From: Octopus vulgaris
Lineage: Eukaryota
DNA: 64,000 nt
Direction: 5' to 3'
NCBI GenBank assembly: GCA_951406725.2
Contig: OX597833.1
Span: 44,392,001 to 44,456,000 of the forward strand
The position numbers were made by a program, and so were the translations under genes. Below the pieces are notes generated by a model, which made no database searches, was not told the DNA's origin, and saw only the letters and a list, made by a program, of their open reading frames with translations. Shown here piece after piece: positions 26,090-39,942 of the stretch (positions within the stretch are counted from its first letter, which is position 1; the number at the start of each line of letters is the position of its first letter).

Positions 26090-29000
26090 ATCAACGGTGT
26101 CGTAGAGCACTTTCATAAGTATCTCTTTTTTTTTTTCGTATATCTTTTGTGTTCTCATTTTTCGCGTCTTATATACATCATTTTGCCAATTCGCTTTTGT
26201 TACTACTCCGACTTCCAAAGCTTCTCTTCATTTTCATACATTTTGAAAAAAACACCTTGTCACCGATATTAAAGAACTTTCTCGTATTTTTAGTGATTTC
26301 CCTATTTGTTTTTCTTACTGGTAACAGCTTGTGAAAAATTGGTTTTGTTTTTCGAGCAATCATTAGTTCCGTAAGCAACTTGCCTGAACAAGGGATTGGG
26401 TATGGTGCTATCCAATAAACCCTCAAGAATTCTGTCAATCCTGCATCATCTACTAGCTCGTTTCTTGATTTCTTTAATGCCCTTTTAAATGCATCCACGG
26501 ACCGTTCCGCATACCCATTTGATCTTCGCTGATATGGCAGAGTAGAGATGTGTTCAATTTCATTTTTTGCAAAAGAACTCATACGCCTTAAACTGTGCAC
26601 CGTTTTCGGATACTATGGTGTCCAGGACACCATATCTTGCAAAGAGTTCATGAAGAAATTCTGGTGTTTCCTACATCTACAAATTTCCAGCCACTTATTA
26701 TAACTATCTAATACAATCAGGTAATATGGGCCATTTACTGCTTGAGCAAAATCTATATAAAGCCTGGTCTATAGACTGTCGGTTTTAGGCCACGGCTGGA
26801 ATTTTACCAGTGGTAACGTAACTGGCAGTTCACGGATAACTTTACAAAAAACATTTTTAATTTCATTTTCCTCTCGCAAAGCGGCAATCACAGTATCTTC
26901 GAATGGTTCCACGTTTATCTAAATCAGGCTTGATAGAAAATCTGCATGGCCAAATTTCTTGGATGGTATACACTACATCTTGAAATCATAGTTTGATAGT
27001 ACCGTAGCCTAGCGTTGTAATCTATTACCAGTATAGGTACAGATTCCTTTTTTCGACCCAAATATCGATAATAACGGTCGGTGATCAGTCTGTAGCCGAA
27101 AACTTCTACTAAGCAAAAATCTGTGAAATCTTTTCACAGCAAACATGATTGCTAGAGCTTTTTCTTCGATTTGACTATAATTTTTCTCTGCTAATATCGG
27201 AGAACGTAAACATGAACCACCGCTTTCATGTTACCATTGTTATATTTATGTAGCATTACTTCTCTATACTGTTTTCACAAGTGTCTGAACCTACAACAAT
27301 CTCCGCTGCAGGATCAATGTGAGCTAATGACAAATCAAATATTAATATTTTGGCAATTTTCTAACCAGTTCCATTCCATATCTTTTTTCAGCAAATTATT
27401 CAGTGGAGCCCTAACCTGATGCATATTTGGGATATAATTTGGAAATAATTTGCAAGTCGTGAAAATGATTGTAAGGTCGCTATATTAGTCTGAGAAGGGC
27501 ATACTTTTAATTATAGCTGTCCTCGACAGGTCAGGTTGTTTCTGTCAATGACTTGTCCAAAATATCTCATTTCCGGTAAGAAAAATTCATACTTTTCTTC
27601 ATTCAAGGTAACGCCGTAATCCTAAATTTTCTCAAATACGTATTTTTCTGTGCTCGACGTGTCGATCCCTGGATTCATTTTTAATGACTATATCAACCAG
27701 ATACGGAATTGCGAATTCACAGTACGCTAACAGTGCATCAATGCACTGTTGAAAAATCGCTGGTGCGACTTTTAAACCAAATGGTAACCACTTATACTTA
27801 TACAGTCTTTTATATGTGTTAACTGTTAGATATGATATTTCGAGCATTTATCGTCTATTCTAACTTCTATGTATGCGTCAGAGAGATCCAATTTAGAAAA
27901 GATTTTTTCGCCGTTCAATCTCGCAAATATATCCTGCGGAATAGGTTGCGAATAGTGGCACATTTTAAGACATTCGTGTAAACCTGTGGAAAGATCAGCA
28001 CACACTAATTTTATTATTCTTCTTAATATATATAGTTGCTGCTGCCCCTTTAGAATATCTCATTGTTTGGATAAATACAATGTTTTCTAGTCTCTCTCAT
28101 TTTTCATTGATTTGCTTCATCGCTGGGAGGGGCACCATTCGTTTTCGTTTAAATACTGATATGGCGTTTACTTTTATTTGAAAACATGCTTTTGTCTTGG
28201 TACACAGATCTAATTTATCGGACAGAACTCGGGGGAAAATATTTATTACTTTTTTCTTTCAATTCGTCTGTTTTTACTGGAGGAAAAAGCATTTCTAATT
28301 TTATAGAACAGATTTATGGGAAGGTCCCATCAATTAAACAATTCCATTCAGTCAGTACCGAACAAGTTTGCTGCATTATTTCACACAAAAACTTTTGCAT
28401 TCAAGGTTTTACACCGAAATCTCACATCAATTATCATTTCGCCCAAAACATTTAATTTTTTTCCTGAGAGACGTTTTGCAAATTTTGAAGTTTTCTTTAA
28501 TGTAATCTTTCCAATTTTTTCCATGCATCAATATTAATTCTTAATTGTAATATCACTGTCTGTATCTAGTTATAACTTCACGTTCACAATATTAATTTTT
28601 ATGCACACAAACTTTCTTTTGTGAGCTTCGCATAGACCTTCTGTTAAGAAAACCTTACCGCAATTTATTTTCGTTCGGCCTTTTTTTTTTTTTTTTGCTC
28701 TACAATGTGAGGTTTTATGTCCGATTTAAATCTTTAAATTGCCCGATTTAAATCTTTAAATTAACAGTTATTTTTAACATGTAGACATTCGCACTCATAG
28801 CATGGATTCGGTCTTGATCTTGGTTTTCTTTTTTCCTTATCCATTATAGGTCAACACTTCTGTATGTGAGAGTAATGCTCTTCGATTTTATTTGCGTTAT
28901 ATCGTAGAGTAATAGTTCTCTGACATTCCTCTGCCACTGCCTGAAGAATGAAATTCTGGTCCTGTTTTAATTTTGTCAATTAGATCCGGCCACGTATCTC

Positions 29001-30000
29001 TGCATTTTTGCTTGCAGTTAACCCTTGAACAAAAATTAAATATTTGAACAAGTCCAGACTTAATTCTTTCAGTTTGAATTTTTCACGTTCTCGATTTACG
29101 ACTCTGGTATAAATGACAAAATCATCTTTTTCTTTTTTTTTTTTACTAAATTCAAACATTACTAGCAAGTATTGGACAGGGACTTCTCTTATTGAAACTT
29201 TTCGATAATAATTTGTTTCATCGAAACAAATTTCACGTGTTTTCCTCTTTTGTTTGTTATCTTTTGTTTTGTTTTTATTTTTTGTTCCGTTTTTTTGCAG
29301 AATAAATATACGGTATTTTTCGTGTTCGGCAGGAAACACTTGTCTTAAAGGTAGTCGTACCTTTTTATTGTCCGTCCAATTTTTGCATTCCTTCTTGAAG
29401 ATTTCTTCACCGGAAATATGCAGAAAAAGTAATACCTTCTTCTGGGTTGTAATTAAATTCTGCAATTGCGTTTGCTACGCCGATGGTGAAAGCAAGCCTG
29501 GAGTATTTTGGGACTTCAGCATTAACTTCAGCAACTGTTGATATTGTTGTGGTTGTTGTAATTGCTGCTGTAACTGTTGTTGCTGCCTGCTGCAATCGCA
29601 CCACGGAGGCTAATAAGTCTTCAACGTTAGCTAATTTTTCTTTGATTTTGTATCAAAAGGAAATGTTAACGTCCGACGTAAGCTTCAATAAACTCGTCGC
29701 CACTTTATATCTTGCTATATGTTAGATATACAGATGTCATGAAGCGGAGATGGACACAAATGTCTTCTCACGAAGTGTTTCAAATTACTCCATTAAACAC
29801 GATACTCCAATAAATGAAAACTCTCAACGATCTCAAGGTCTTCCTACGACGTCTACAAACCCTCAACAATTCCTACGACCGCCTTCAATTCAACCAATAC
29901 GCAACCCTTAATAAAAGTTCGGCTAGTTCTTTTCTCCAATCCCACAAGGGTATCAATGACTTTCGCCACTACAAAACTATTTCCTGTTTTATAGAAAAAA
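26090..30000 (-). mobile_element. Gypsy (Mag-like) retrotransposon, degenerate gag-pol, in gene A intron 2
   Basis: PBS TGGCGACGAG at 29694-29703; gag, protease, RT (LPFGLKVAPAIFQQ..PYLVDI), integrase (SNGYAERSV.AFK). Confidence 0.9.
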
Positions 30001-30694
30001 GGTGAATAAAATGTTCAGCCTTGAAAAATTCGAGACTAGAATTGAAAAGATAAAAACAGTTTTAATTGGCATTTTGTTTCACTTTTTGAAAAACAAAAGT
30101 TTTCATAATAATTTCTTCTCTTTCATATCTTTCTTTTCCATTTCACTTCTCCATTCCATTGTCTCCTTCCGTCTATACTGCATCTAATTGTGCTTCTAAA
30201 AAGTGCTATAATTAATATTTATTTGTTAATATATTGGGATCGAAGTGTTGGTATCTCCCAATTCGTTTAAAAATAGGGTTAGTTTGTTGCCCATGAGACT
30301 AGCATTTAAAAATATGTAACAGAATACCACTTAATTATTTTTTAATTTTTCTGATACTAATTTCTAACTTTTGAAGACTCAACATTTTATTAAACCTTTT
30401 TTTAGAGAAAAATTTAACGTTTGAACATTTTATTGAACTTTTTCCTGCAAAACAGGAATTTTTCCATTAACATTTTTTATATCTTTTATTATTTAGATAA
30501 TCATTCAAATACCATTGCCAGCGTAAGCCTAATTTCTGGTTCACCCCCATTCCACGTTGAGGGGATTCTTTGTAGGATTAATTTCGACTTCACCAATTAT
30601 TTAAAGTATTACACTTCGAAATCTGAAATCTATGCTTATTAATAAACTCATATTGAGACATATATTTTGTATTAATCAAGCAATATTTAATTTC

Positions 30695-30751
<57 letters not shown>

Positions 30752-32987
30752 ATAGAAGGCTATTCATTTCATTTGATTTGGTTCAGTGTGGCAAAAAGCA
30801 ATGCAAAAATATTACATATTGTACAAATTTTATTTTAAACAATATGAATGCATTAATATTTTTGCATTTGAAATAAATGAGGGATAAAAAAAATTGTTTT
30901 CAAATATCTCACATAATAATTAGACAAGGGAAGTGGCCAGTTAAACACAAAGAAGTAGTGAAAAAAACGGAAATGGACAAAAATTGAGGCAACTGTTGGA
31001 ACACTGCGAGAGAACCAAATAGAGACAATAGAGCCACGTTGTATAATAATAATAGAGAAGAAAACCAAGCGAAATGTAAATACGAAAAGGTTCTTAAGTA
31101 AATAATGTTTTTAAAAATGTTGAGTTTTCGGAGATTTGACAACGAAGGAAGCAAACAACTTCACTGTTTTGTAGCGATTTTGCAGCGAGTATTGTTCTTC
31201 ATTGTTATTACTACTACATTTGTCATTGTAGCATCCATGTGTGACTTTCATTTTTATTTTTGCTTCATTGAGGTATACGGTCTAATTCTATGCTATCGGC
31301 AAATAAAATTTCAACCTAGTCTTAGCAATACAAGTATAATAATTTAACGCATGAGCTAAATATTTTAAAACGTATTAGGCAATTAGCTTTAGTTATAATA
31401 TTCTCCACTGGGCGCAAGATGAAATATCAAGATTTGAGAGGGGAAATAAAAAAAATGAAATCTATACTGCATTTAAAATACACCTCTCATAATTTGAAAT
31501 CTGACAAAGAAAGATTATATCTACCGCTAACACAGAGTTATATGGACATTATGAAACTATAGCACTCTTATAAAATATCGACAGTGGAATTAGAAATATA
31601 ACTAATAAGGAAGAATAGTAAGCAAATATATATAGCTTAAAGACCTGATCAGACAGAAAACACTTCTCTATATTCAAAGTAGCAAACAGTTAGAAAATAC
31701 GTAACAGTAGCTGAGTTATTATATAATGGACATAAATGAGGTAATTTAGGCTTACATCAGAAAAAGCCGCAGAAAAACCAGTTTGGGATCTGTTAGTTCA
31801 CAGAGACCTGGAGATCAATGTTAATCGACCTCATATTTTCAAACGCTAGCAGAAAAGGAATTACTTTTTTTACCAAAATACTAGTCCTAACAAGTGATTT
31901 ATTTTTATACGAAATATTTTTACAAATGAAAAATAAAAAAGGACACCTAGAATGTCGGAAAGGAAAACAGAAACGGTCCCTATAATGATAGATCCCTTGG
32001 GAATGATTTTAAAAGATACATCAGAAACATAATCCAAATTCCAAATTACACACCGTACAGAAAATACACAGGGACGCTTAAGAAAGCTTAGCAGTAATGG
32101 ATGATAGCCAAATACTAATGGCAATTCAAGATACAATATATCATAATTAAAAATAAAACATTTTCTAGTCAGAATAAATACTTCTATAAATAACTCATTT
32201 CAGTCACTGCTACATAAAACAGAAGAGACAATCCAATATTAAATAGAGACTGTAGTAAAGCAGGAGTATGGTATTTCGTTTTACTGGAAATTACCAAATT
32301 TGTTTCGTTTTTATTAGACTTGATTTGCGAATCTTCGGCTAAATTTAACTGATAGTCATGGAATGACGAGCATATATATAGCTGGATGAAAAGTTAATAA
32401 TTAACTGATTGCTATAACCCAGGAATATTTATCTATAAAGTTATACCTTTATTGATTAGAACAATCTTTTTGTAGATTACTGACTCTGATCAGAAACAGG
32501 TGGGTGGATCTCAGAAATTTAGTTAATTATAATTCATCAAAAATAAAAAGTAACAGGGAGAGATTTTAATATTTAGCAGCTGTATGGAGACTACCGAGGA
32601 CATTCTTTAATCTTATTCCTAAATCTTATCCTTAAAATATAATCTAACCGTGACTGGAAAATTATAATTTTTACAAAATTTAGTCATTCACATAATGAAT
32701 TGCTTTTAACATGAAGTTGTTTGATATTGATTAATTAAATTTTTTTGTCCTTCTACATCAATTATTCTAACTTCTATTTAATTCTACGGAGAATAGAACA
32801 ACTAGATAGTGTACACCATGCACAGTGTATTTTCATTGCAATATAACATAGAAAACCAAACCAAAGAATTTTGGCATGTGCAAAAGATTGCACATGTCAA
32901 AATCTGCAGAAACACACAAAATAAATAAAGCTACTGAAAATGAATATTTCTGGGGCTGAATGAGTGCAAAAGCTGGGTAACACCAAC

Positions 32988-33305
32988 CTTTAAGAACCTT
33001 CCTTTCTGAAATTGCGTAGAATGTTTTACATGCGTAAGCTGCTACATCTCTGCAAGTGGGATTATATTTCCAACAGGTAACATTTCCTTTTAAATTAGTA
33101 GGTAAATCACAGTCGAAACCTTGGCTAGTATTTAGTTTTAGGTAGCCCTTGCTACGGTCATATTGTATATGTACGACTGTATCTTCGTTTTTTTGTAGTT
33201 TGAAGTCAAGAAGATTATATACTTTATACTGGCATGTTAGTGATATACGAACTGTATTTCCCACATCAATACCCTCAGCTGGTTTCATTTCTACAACCTC
33301 AATAT
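32988..33305 (-). CDS. Gene A exon 2: V-like Ig domain
   Basis: ttacttatAG acceptor, AAG|GTTGGT donor, 318 nt, phase 1-1, open frame; LTC...GFDCDLP...TCWKYNPTCRDVAAYAC (DxAxYxC F-strand motif); N-glycosylation sequons NTS, NVT. Confidence 0.85.
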
Positions 33306-33502
33306 CTATAAGTAAAAATCAAAGAAATATATAATTGCAGTTATAGAACAACGGCGAAGAATATAATATGGAGAGTCATGGCATTAAAGAAAATGAGTGA
33401 ATAAATGAATGAATGAATGATGGTAGGCTCACGTAAGCCGAGAAATGGGGTTCTGCAATTTGTTGCTGAACACCCTGCAAAATGATTTGTTTAAAGTGAT
33501 CA

Positions 33503-33912
33503 GGCGTAGGAGTGGCTGTGTGGTAAGTAGCTTGCTTACCAACCACATGGTTCCGGGTTCAGTCCCACTGCGTGGCAACTTGGGCAAGTGTCTTCTACTA
33601 TAGCCTCGGGCCGACCAAAGCCTTGTGAGTGGATTTGGTAGACGGAAACTGAAAGAAGCCTGTCGTATATATGTATATATATATATGTATGTGTATATGT
33701 TTGTGTGTCTGTGTTTGTCCCCCCAACATCACTTGACCACCGATGCTGGTGTGTTTACATCCCTGTAACTTAGCGGTTCGGCAAAATAGATCGATAGAAT
33801 AAGTACTAGGCTTACAAAGAATAAGTCCTGGGGTCGATTTGCTCGACTAAAGGTGGTGCTCCAGCATGGCCACAGTCAAATGACTGAAACAAGTAAAAGA
33901 GTAAAGAGTAAA
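33503..33912 (+). mobile_element. tRNA-derived SINE family 1, full length
   Basis: A box tggctgtgtgg, B box ggttcagtccc, (agtaaag) tail; empty site in paralogue near 56503. Confidence 0.9.
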
Positions 33913-35023
33913 GAGAGAAGTATGTGTTGTACATTAAATTAACTCCCTTCATCAAATCGACGTTCGCTGAACAGGAGTACGGTGTACCACACATCGGGTA
34001 TCGAAGTGATGGAAAACATGTTTTTCACAAGAAAATAACGCACCACCCAATCCAGAAATGGATTTCATGATCTCGTCATCGTGACTACGATACCCTGACA
34101 ACTAGGACATGAGCCCTTATATTGAAAACGATAATCAAAGCATGTATGATAGGCCAAGCTAAACAAGGAGATAGAAAACGGTAATAAAGGAGAAATAGCA
34201 GAAGATCAAATATCAAACAAATGAAATGCAGGAGTTGGCACAAAGCAAATGAAATTAAGGAGAACAGTAGAAAACGAACAAGAAGAAAGCATACAGCAAA
34301 AGATAAATGGAAGAACAAATGCGAACAAAAACGAAATCAGCATATATACACGAAAATAAAACAAATGATAGCGATCCATTATACCATCGAGAAAATAGTG
34401 TGAAAGTGAAGCTGAATGAGAAACATACAAGAGTGCAGACTAAGGAAACAGAAATATTAGTGGTTAAAGTAAAATAATAATAAAATAAGTGAAAATAAAT
34501 GAAGAAACTAATACATTAAAACTGAGGAAGGGGAGTGGAAGGATAGATAAATGAAAGAGAAAAGGGGAGTGAATTGCAGTGAAAATAAATTATAGGGCCA
34601 GCTATAAGAAATTAGTGTTAGATACATCAGCGATTAGGGAAGATTCTGTGGGGTGAAATACTCAAGTGGATGAAGTATAAGACATTCCGTTAAAATATTA
34701 CCAGCATGGCCATTTGCGACATACAGGAGGTGAGACATAAGTAATGTCACACCTCAGCTTACGTCGGTAATTGGTTCCAAGACATGCAACTTATCAAGAA
34801 AAGCGACGTAACTCGGAAACCGATTTAAAAATTCATTGAAATTTGAAAAGAAAGGCCTCCGGTCGCTGTAAATTAATACACTTTAAATATTTCAATATAA
34901 ATGGAAAATAATAGGCCAAGTTGGAAAAGAATTACACAATGAAGACAGAATTGGAAGCGGATTCTGACCAGCGGTGTACAACAGCATCTGTCACATAGTC
35001 GATACTGTGATATTCGTACGTAT

Positions 35024-35409
35024 GTGGAGTCGCAATGGCCCAGTGGTTAGAGCAGCGGACTCGCGGTCATAGGATCGCGGTTTCGATTCCCAGACCGGGC
35101 GTTGTGAGTGTTTATTGAGAGAAAACACCTAAAAGCTCCACGAGGCTCCGACAGGGGGTGGTGATCCCTGCTGTATTCTTTCACCACAACTTTCTCTCAC
35201 TCTTACTTCCTGTTTCTGTTGTACCTGTATTTCAAGGGGCCGGCCTTGTCACTCTCTGTGTCACGCTGAATATCCCCGAGAACTACGTTAAGGGTGCACG
35301 TGTCTGTGGAGTGCTCAACCACTTACACGTTAATTTCACGAGCAGGCTGTTCCGTTGATTCGGATCAACCGGAACCCTCATCGTCATAACTGACGGAGTG
35401 CTTCCATCC
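35024..35409 (+). mobile_element. tRNA-derived SINE family 3
   Basis: A box tggcccagtgg, B box ggtttcgattcc; 12-bp TSD attcgtacgtat. Confidence 0.9.
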
Positions 35410-36640
35410 ATTCGTACGTATATACAATTTCTATTTTCTGAACTCTACATTTTCTTTTTCTTCTATTCACGCTCTTATCTCTTACCGTTAATAATATTTT
35501 TTTTACCTTGTCAATTTTTCTTTCATTCCAGCATTTTCTGGACAATTCATTCTCTTTCTCTTTGCCTCTTTGATTTCTCATTGCCACTTTTCCCAGGCCT
35601 TCACTGTCCTCCACAATTTTAAATCGCTTCGATTTATTTGGATTATCTTAGACGGAGTCGTGAAAATGTCCGTATTCCAAACCGACAAAGTGACTAATGC
35701 ATTACTTTAGAAATAGCGGGCAACTTACACCGAAAGAATATCTCCTTCTTGAGGCACGCATTTCCAAGAATGGCAATCACTATTCCAGTCACTTTCAGGA
35801 TGGATGTGAATGGAGAGGCTGGAATAGTGTTCCGTCAGTTTCTAAAAGAAACCTATCTACAGTAACTTCTGTTAGAAATACACAATTTCATTGAGAATTT
35901 CTACACAGTTGTATTTTCTATGGCGATTACGACAAAATAGAAGCAATTTTTGGAAGACCTTTAACGTTCGAAATTTTAGTAATTTTAACCAATCAGCTCT
36001 ATACAATCCCCACAATGCCGTAACGATGGCATGAAAAGTACATTGTGTCAGACATGTGACGCAAGGAAAATTACAAACAGACATTTTTAGAGAAATTAAT
36101 AATGAAAAGGTTACAAAACAATTAAGGCAAAAAAAAGAATGTAAAAATTAAAAGAAACAACAAATTAATATTTACAATGGTATTTTGAAAGACTCTATAA
36201 ACACTAAACTTAACTCTAATCCTAAAACTTATCCCTAAACCTAGCCCGAACCCTAAACCTTAAATCCAAATCATGATTATAATCCTAAATACTATCCCTG
36301 ACTCTAAAACTTAACCCCAAACTCTAACCCTAAAGCCTAAAACTTGCGATAGGGCTGAACGTTTTCCTATCTGAAAGCAGCCGACATTTACTCAGCTTGC
36401 CAAACTTTGTCGGTTAGATGAATGCCGGACCTGAAGCCGATTTCATAAGACTGCATGCATCAAAGTTGTGTGATAGAGTGACTGAACATACGGCCTTATC
36501 CACGCGACGATCTGACCGAGATTTTTCAGTTCCAAAACCATTCTCGATTACTCATTGTTTTTCCAAATCGGAGATTGTCGCTTTTGACAACATACTTTTA
36601 GTTAAGAAAATATTAAATTTATTTAAGTAATTAGATGATA

Positions 36641-37924
36641 TACGAGAGTCAGCTGGAAAGTTCATAGGCCGACTGTCAAATCCTTTCATTAATTCTGAAA
36701 TCTCTAAACTCTTTTCATTAATTTCAACTAGCTTTATTAATAAGTGAATTGTCACGTTCCAAGTAAACTGACGTTTAATTATTTATGAAATATTTCAGAA
36801 CTAACTGATAGCGACTTCTCTTGAAGATGGACAATTTTGTCATAGCATTTTTAGCACGTACTTGTAGAAATGGGTTCAAACCCCAAGGACGTTCCTACTG
36901 ACATGGTTGCTACTTTATTGAATTGTGCTCCAGGTTTATAAACGATGCAAAAGTGGGCAGCTGAATTTAGAAGGGGATGGGAACCTTTTGAAGATGAACC
37001 CAAATCTGAGCGTTTTGCAACCGCCACCACCAAAGAAAGCATTGATAGTATTCACCAGACAAATAGTGGATGACAGGCAGTTGACTATAAATCAAATAGG
37101 CAATGCTAACAGCATATTCCATGAGGGGGTTAAGAATATTTTGCACAATGAACTTGGTATAACAAACGTTTCTACTCGATGGATGCCACGTCTTCTAACA
37201 CCTGATCAAAAGCGACCCAGGCCAATCATATGACGCGAAAATCTCACATCGTTTCAAGAAGATCGAGCTGATTTCCTTGAATGTTTCCTTACCTAGGATG
37301 AGTGTTGACTTTATCACTTTGAGCCAGAGACTATGAAACAATCCCTGGAGTAGAAATGCCCCTCCTCACCTGCAGCAAAGAAGACCAAAGTCTTTTAATC
37401 TACAGGGAAGATGACAGCCTCAGATTTTTGAGATACAAATGACATTGTGTTTCTTGACCTATCTTCAAAATGGCCACATCAGAACTGGAGAGTTTTATTT
37501 CAAAATGCTGAGGCAGTTAAGAAGGGTTATCAAGACCAAACACCCATGAAAACTGGAGAAAGGAGATTTGTTTCATCAGGACCATCCTCCAGTTCACAAA
37601 TCCTTGCTTTCAATGGCTATTTTGAGTGACTGTGGTTTGAACTGGTTGATCCCGTTCGCAATTCTCCTGGTTTGACCCCAGCAGAATACCCATTGCTTCC
37701 ACAGCATGACGAATGACTAGGTTGCGTACCAGTATCGCAGTCTGGACGACCTCATATCTGCTGTTGGATGAAAGCTTCTTCACGGATTGAATCCAAGCAC
37801 TGCAACACCGATGGAGGCAGTGTATGGACTGCAAGAGGGACTACGTTGAGAAATAAACTTCATTTGGTTATTTTCCGTGGGAGTATCTTGATCAGCCTAT
37901 AAATTTTCAGCCGACCATCTTATA
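36641..37924 (+). mobile_element. mariner transposon, degenerate, near full length (gene A intron 1)
   Basis: Imperfect TIRs with TA; NILHNELG..VSTRWMPRLLTPDQK (WVPHEL-like motif). Confidence 0.85.
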
Positions 37925-37996
37925 GTTTATACCTCTAGTTTATTGTAAATTAGTGCGTGTTATGAGAATTTTGCAAGCCATTGATGTCAGAAAAGT

Positions 37997-38043
<47 letters not shown>

Positions 38044-38072
38044 TCTGTGTATGTGTGTATGTCTCTGTGTGT

Positions 38073-38110
<38 letters not shown>

Positions 38111-38218
38111 ACACTTGTTTGGGTGGCACAGAAATAAAGAAAGCATGGCAAACAATGTAGAAAAGGAAGATTGTGTGTTGGAGCCCCACAAAAAATATTT
38201 TCTTTAATCTTAACTTAC

Positions 38219-38342
38219 GATCTTTTTCATGATACATCACTGCAATTATAACTGACAACATCGATGAAAATAAAATGCAAATACGAGATAGACGGGGAAA
38301 TAGCCGTCGGCTTCCAGCAACTGAAATATAACCATAAGACAT
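38219..38342 (-). CDS. Gene A exon 1: hydrophobic leader (signal peptide/anchor) of two-Ig-domain protein
   Basis: ATG at 38342; MSYGYISVAGSRRLFPRLSRICILFSSMLSVIIAVMYHEKD + 1 nt, then GTAAGT donor (phase 1); homologous to 58008-58101; splices in frame to 33305. Confidence 0.75.
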
Positions 38343-38671
38343 GCATGATTCACGTAAAAATGATGGTTAAACAGCAAAAGAATAAGAAACCTTGAGAGGA
38401 AAAAGGAAAATATATAAGCGTGAATAATCGAGAGTGATGTATTGGTATCAAGTTCCATAACTCTTAAGTCATCCCTCTACTCGTTTTGTGTCATCATTCT
38501 TTTCACGACTACAAACCGGATGTCTCTACTCTCCTCCAATAATAAGAGAGCAGTCACCATATTTCATTTCATATCGGCTACCTGTGATGTGTGCAGGGTT
38601 GCATAATCGGATTGTTGCCTAACAATCCGTGGAAACCCTAGCACGAAACTGATTGCTAAGATCGAACGTAA

Positions 38672-38977
38672 TCTTTATATATAAAACTGAAGTTGTGTGT
38701 GTGAGACTCTGTCTCCTCCGATTTAGATTCCTAACTGCTCCCACATTTTGCGGTGCAGTTTAACCAAAAGCAGGTATCTTATAGTCGTCATTCATATCGA
38801 GCTCTTCTGGGTATTAGCGCGCGTCTACGATGAGTCTACGATTTTTAAAAAATTTACCATCATTTTTCCGCATTTTTAATGATTTTTGCTCGGGTTATAT
38901 AAGGGATGTAACTCTCTAAAAATGCTTATATAGTTATTTCCCTCACAAACCCAAGCAACGCCGGGCGATACTGCTAG
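38672..38977 (+). mobile_element. Non-autonomous Helitron
   Basis: A|TC start, ccaagcaacgccggg hairpin, CTAG|T end, no TSD. Confidence 0.8.
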
Positions 38978-39214
38978 TAGATGTATAATATTGTACATTT
39001 CGGAAAATGTGAGTGTGTGTGTCTATGTATGGGCGTATGTATGTATGTATATGTGTATGTGTGTGTGTGTGTGTGTGTATGTGTGTATTTAGCAAATAAA
39101 GACTTTTCAGTAATAATAACATGTCAGTTTACAATACTACTATAGTACATAGTGATTAATTGTTTCTCATCCACGTTAATCCCTTTCAGCAAGTAAAACT
39201 GAATCATTTGTGAC

Positions 39215-39942
39215 TACTTCGCGTTTCAACTATCGCGGATTCACAACTTCGTGGATTTAAAAAATATATGTATATGAACACCTAAAATTTTTCTCTAAAT
39301 CCAAAGAAGAAACGCAGCAATAAACAGAAGTTGTCGACCAGACTGGCTTGACTTTGGAACGGCTAGCCAAGCTCTGCAACCTGGCTAAAGAATTGAAAGA
39401 GGAGTCACAGGAATGGGACGACGATATGGTTCCTTCTGTGCAATTTTGCAACAAGGTCGACGAAGTCATGAATCCGTACAAGGTGCTCTTTTTACGGAAA
39501 AAGAAGCAGCGGCAGCAACTTCCTATCACAATGTTTTTGCAACTTCGCAAAAGAGAGCCATTTCCTGCTGCTACGACTACGGTTGCACCTTCGGAAGAAG
39601 TGGAAGAGGTGTCCCAGGAAAGGGCACCGCCGTCAGCTTCATCATCATCATTTCTACTACGCAGCAAATTCACCATCATCATTCAAATTTTACTTCAACT
39701 TCTTTCGCGTTGAGTAGAGTAAAAATCTTTATTTTTTTTTATCTAAAGTGTTATTACTTAACAGTTGTCCTTGTTATTATTAGACTACTGTAATGGGTGA
39801 GTTGTTAACAGTGCAGGGAGGGTTTTAAAAGTCCAAGTACACGTTAGACAAATACTAAAAATATGGTGTCCCTACTTCGCGGAAATTCAGTTATTGCGGC
39901 CGGTCTCGGAACCAATCTACCGCAATAAATGAGGAATCACTG
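39215..39942 (+). mobile_element. Tigger-like transposon derivative
   Basis: C-terminal RQQLPITMFL remnant; ends gaggaatcactg-TA; interrupts sequence that is continuous at 13190-13330. Confidence 0.75.

Noticed and set aside
33503-33575. tRNA-like sequence (also 19467, 22638, 35024, 52214)
   Set aside because: Heads of SINEs with bodies, tails and TSDs, not tRNA genes
36205-36345. Degenerate CCCTAA-like repeats suggesting interstitial telomere
   Set aside because: Too degenerate and short; such tracts are common inside non-autonomous DNA elements
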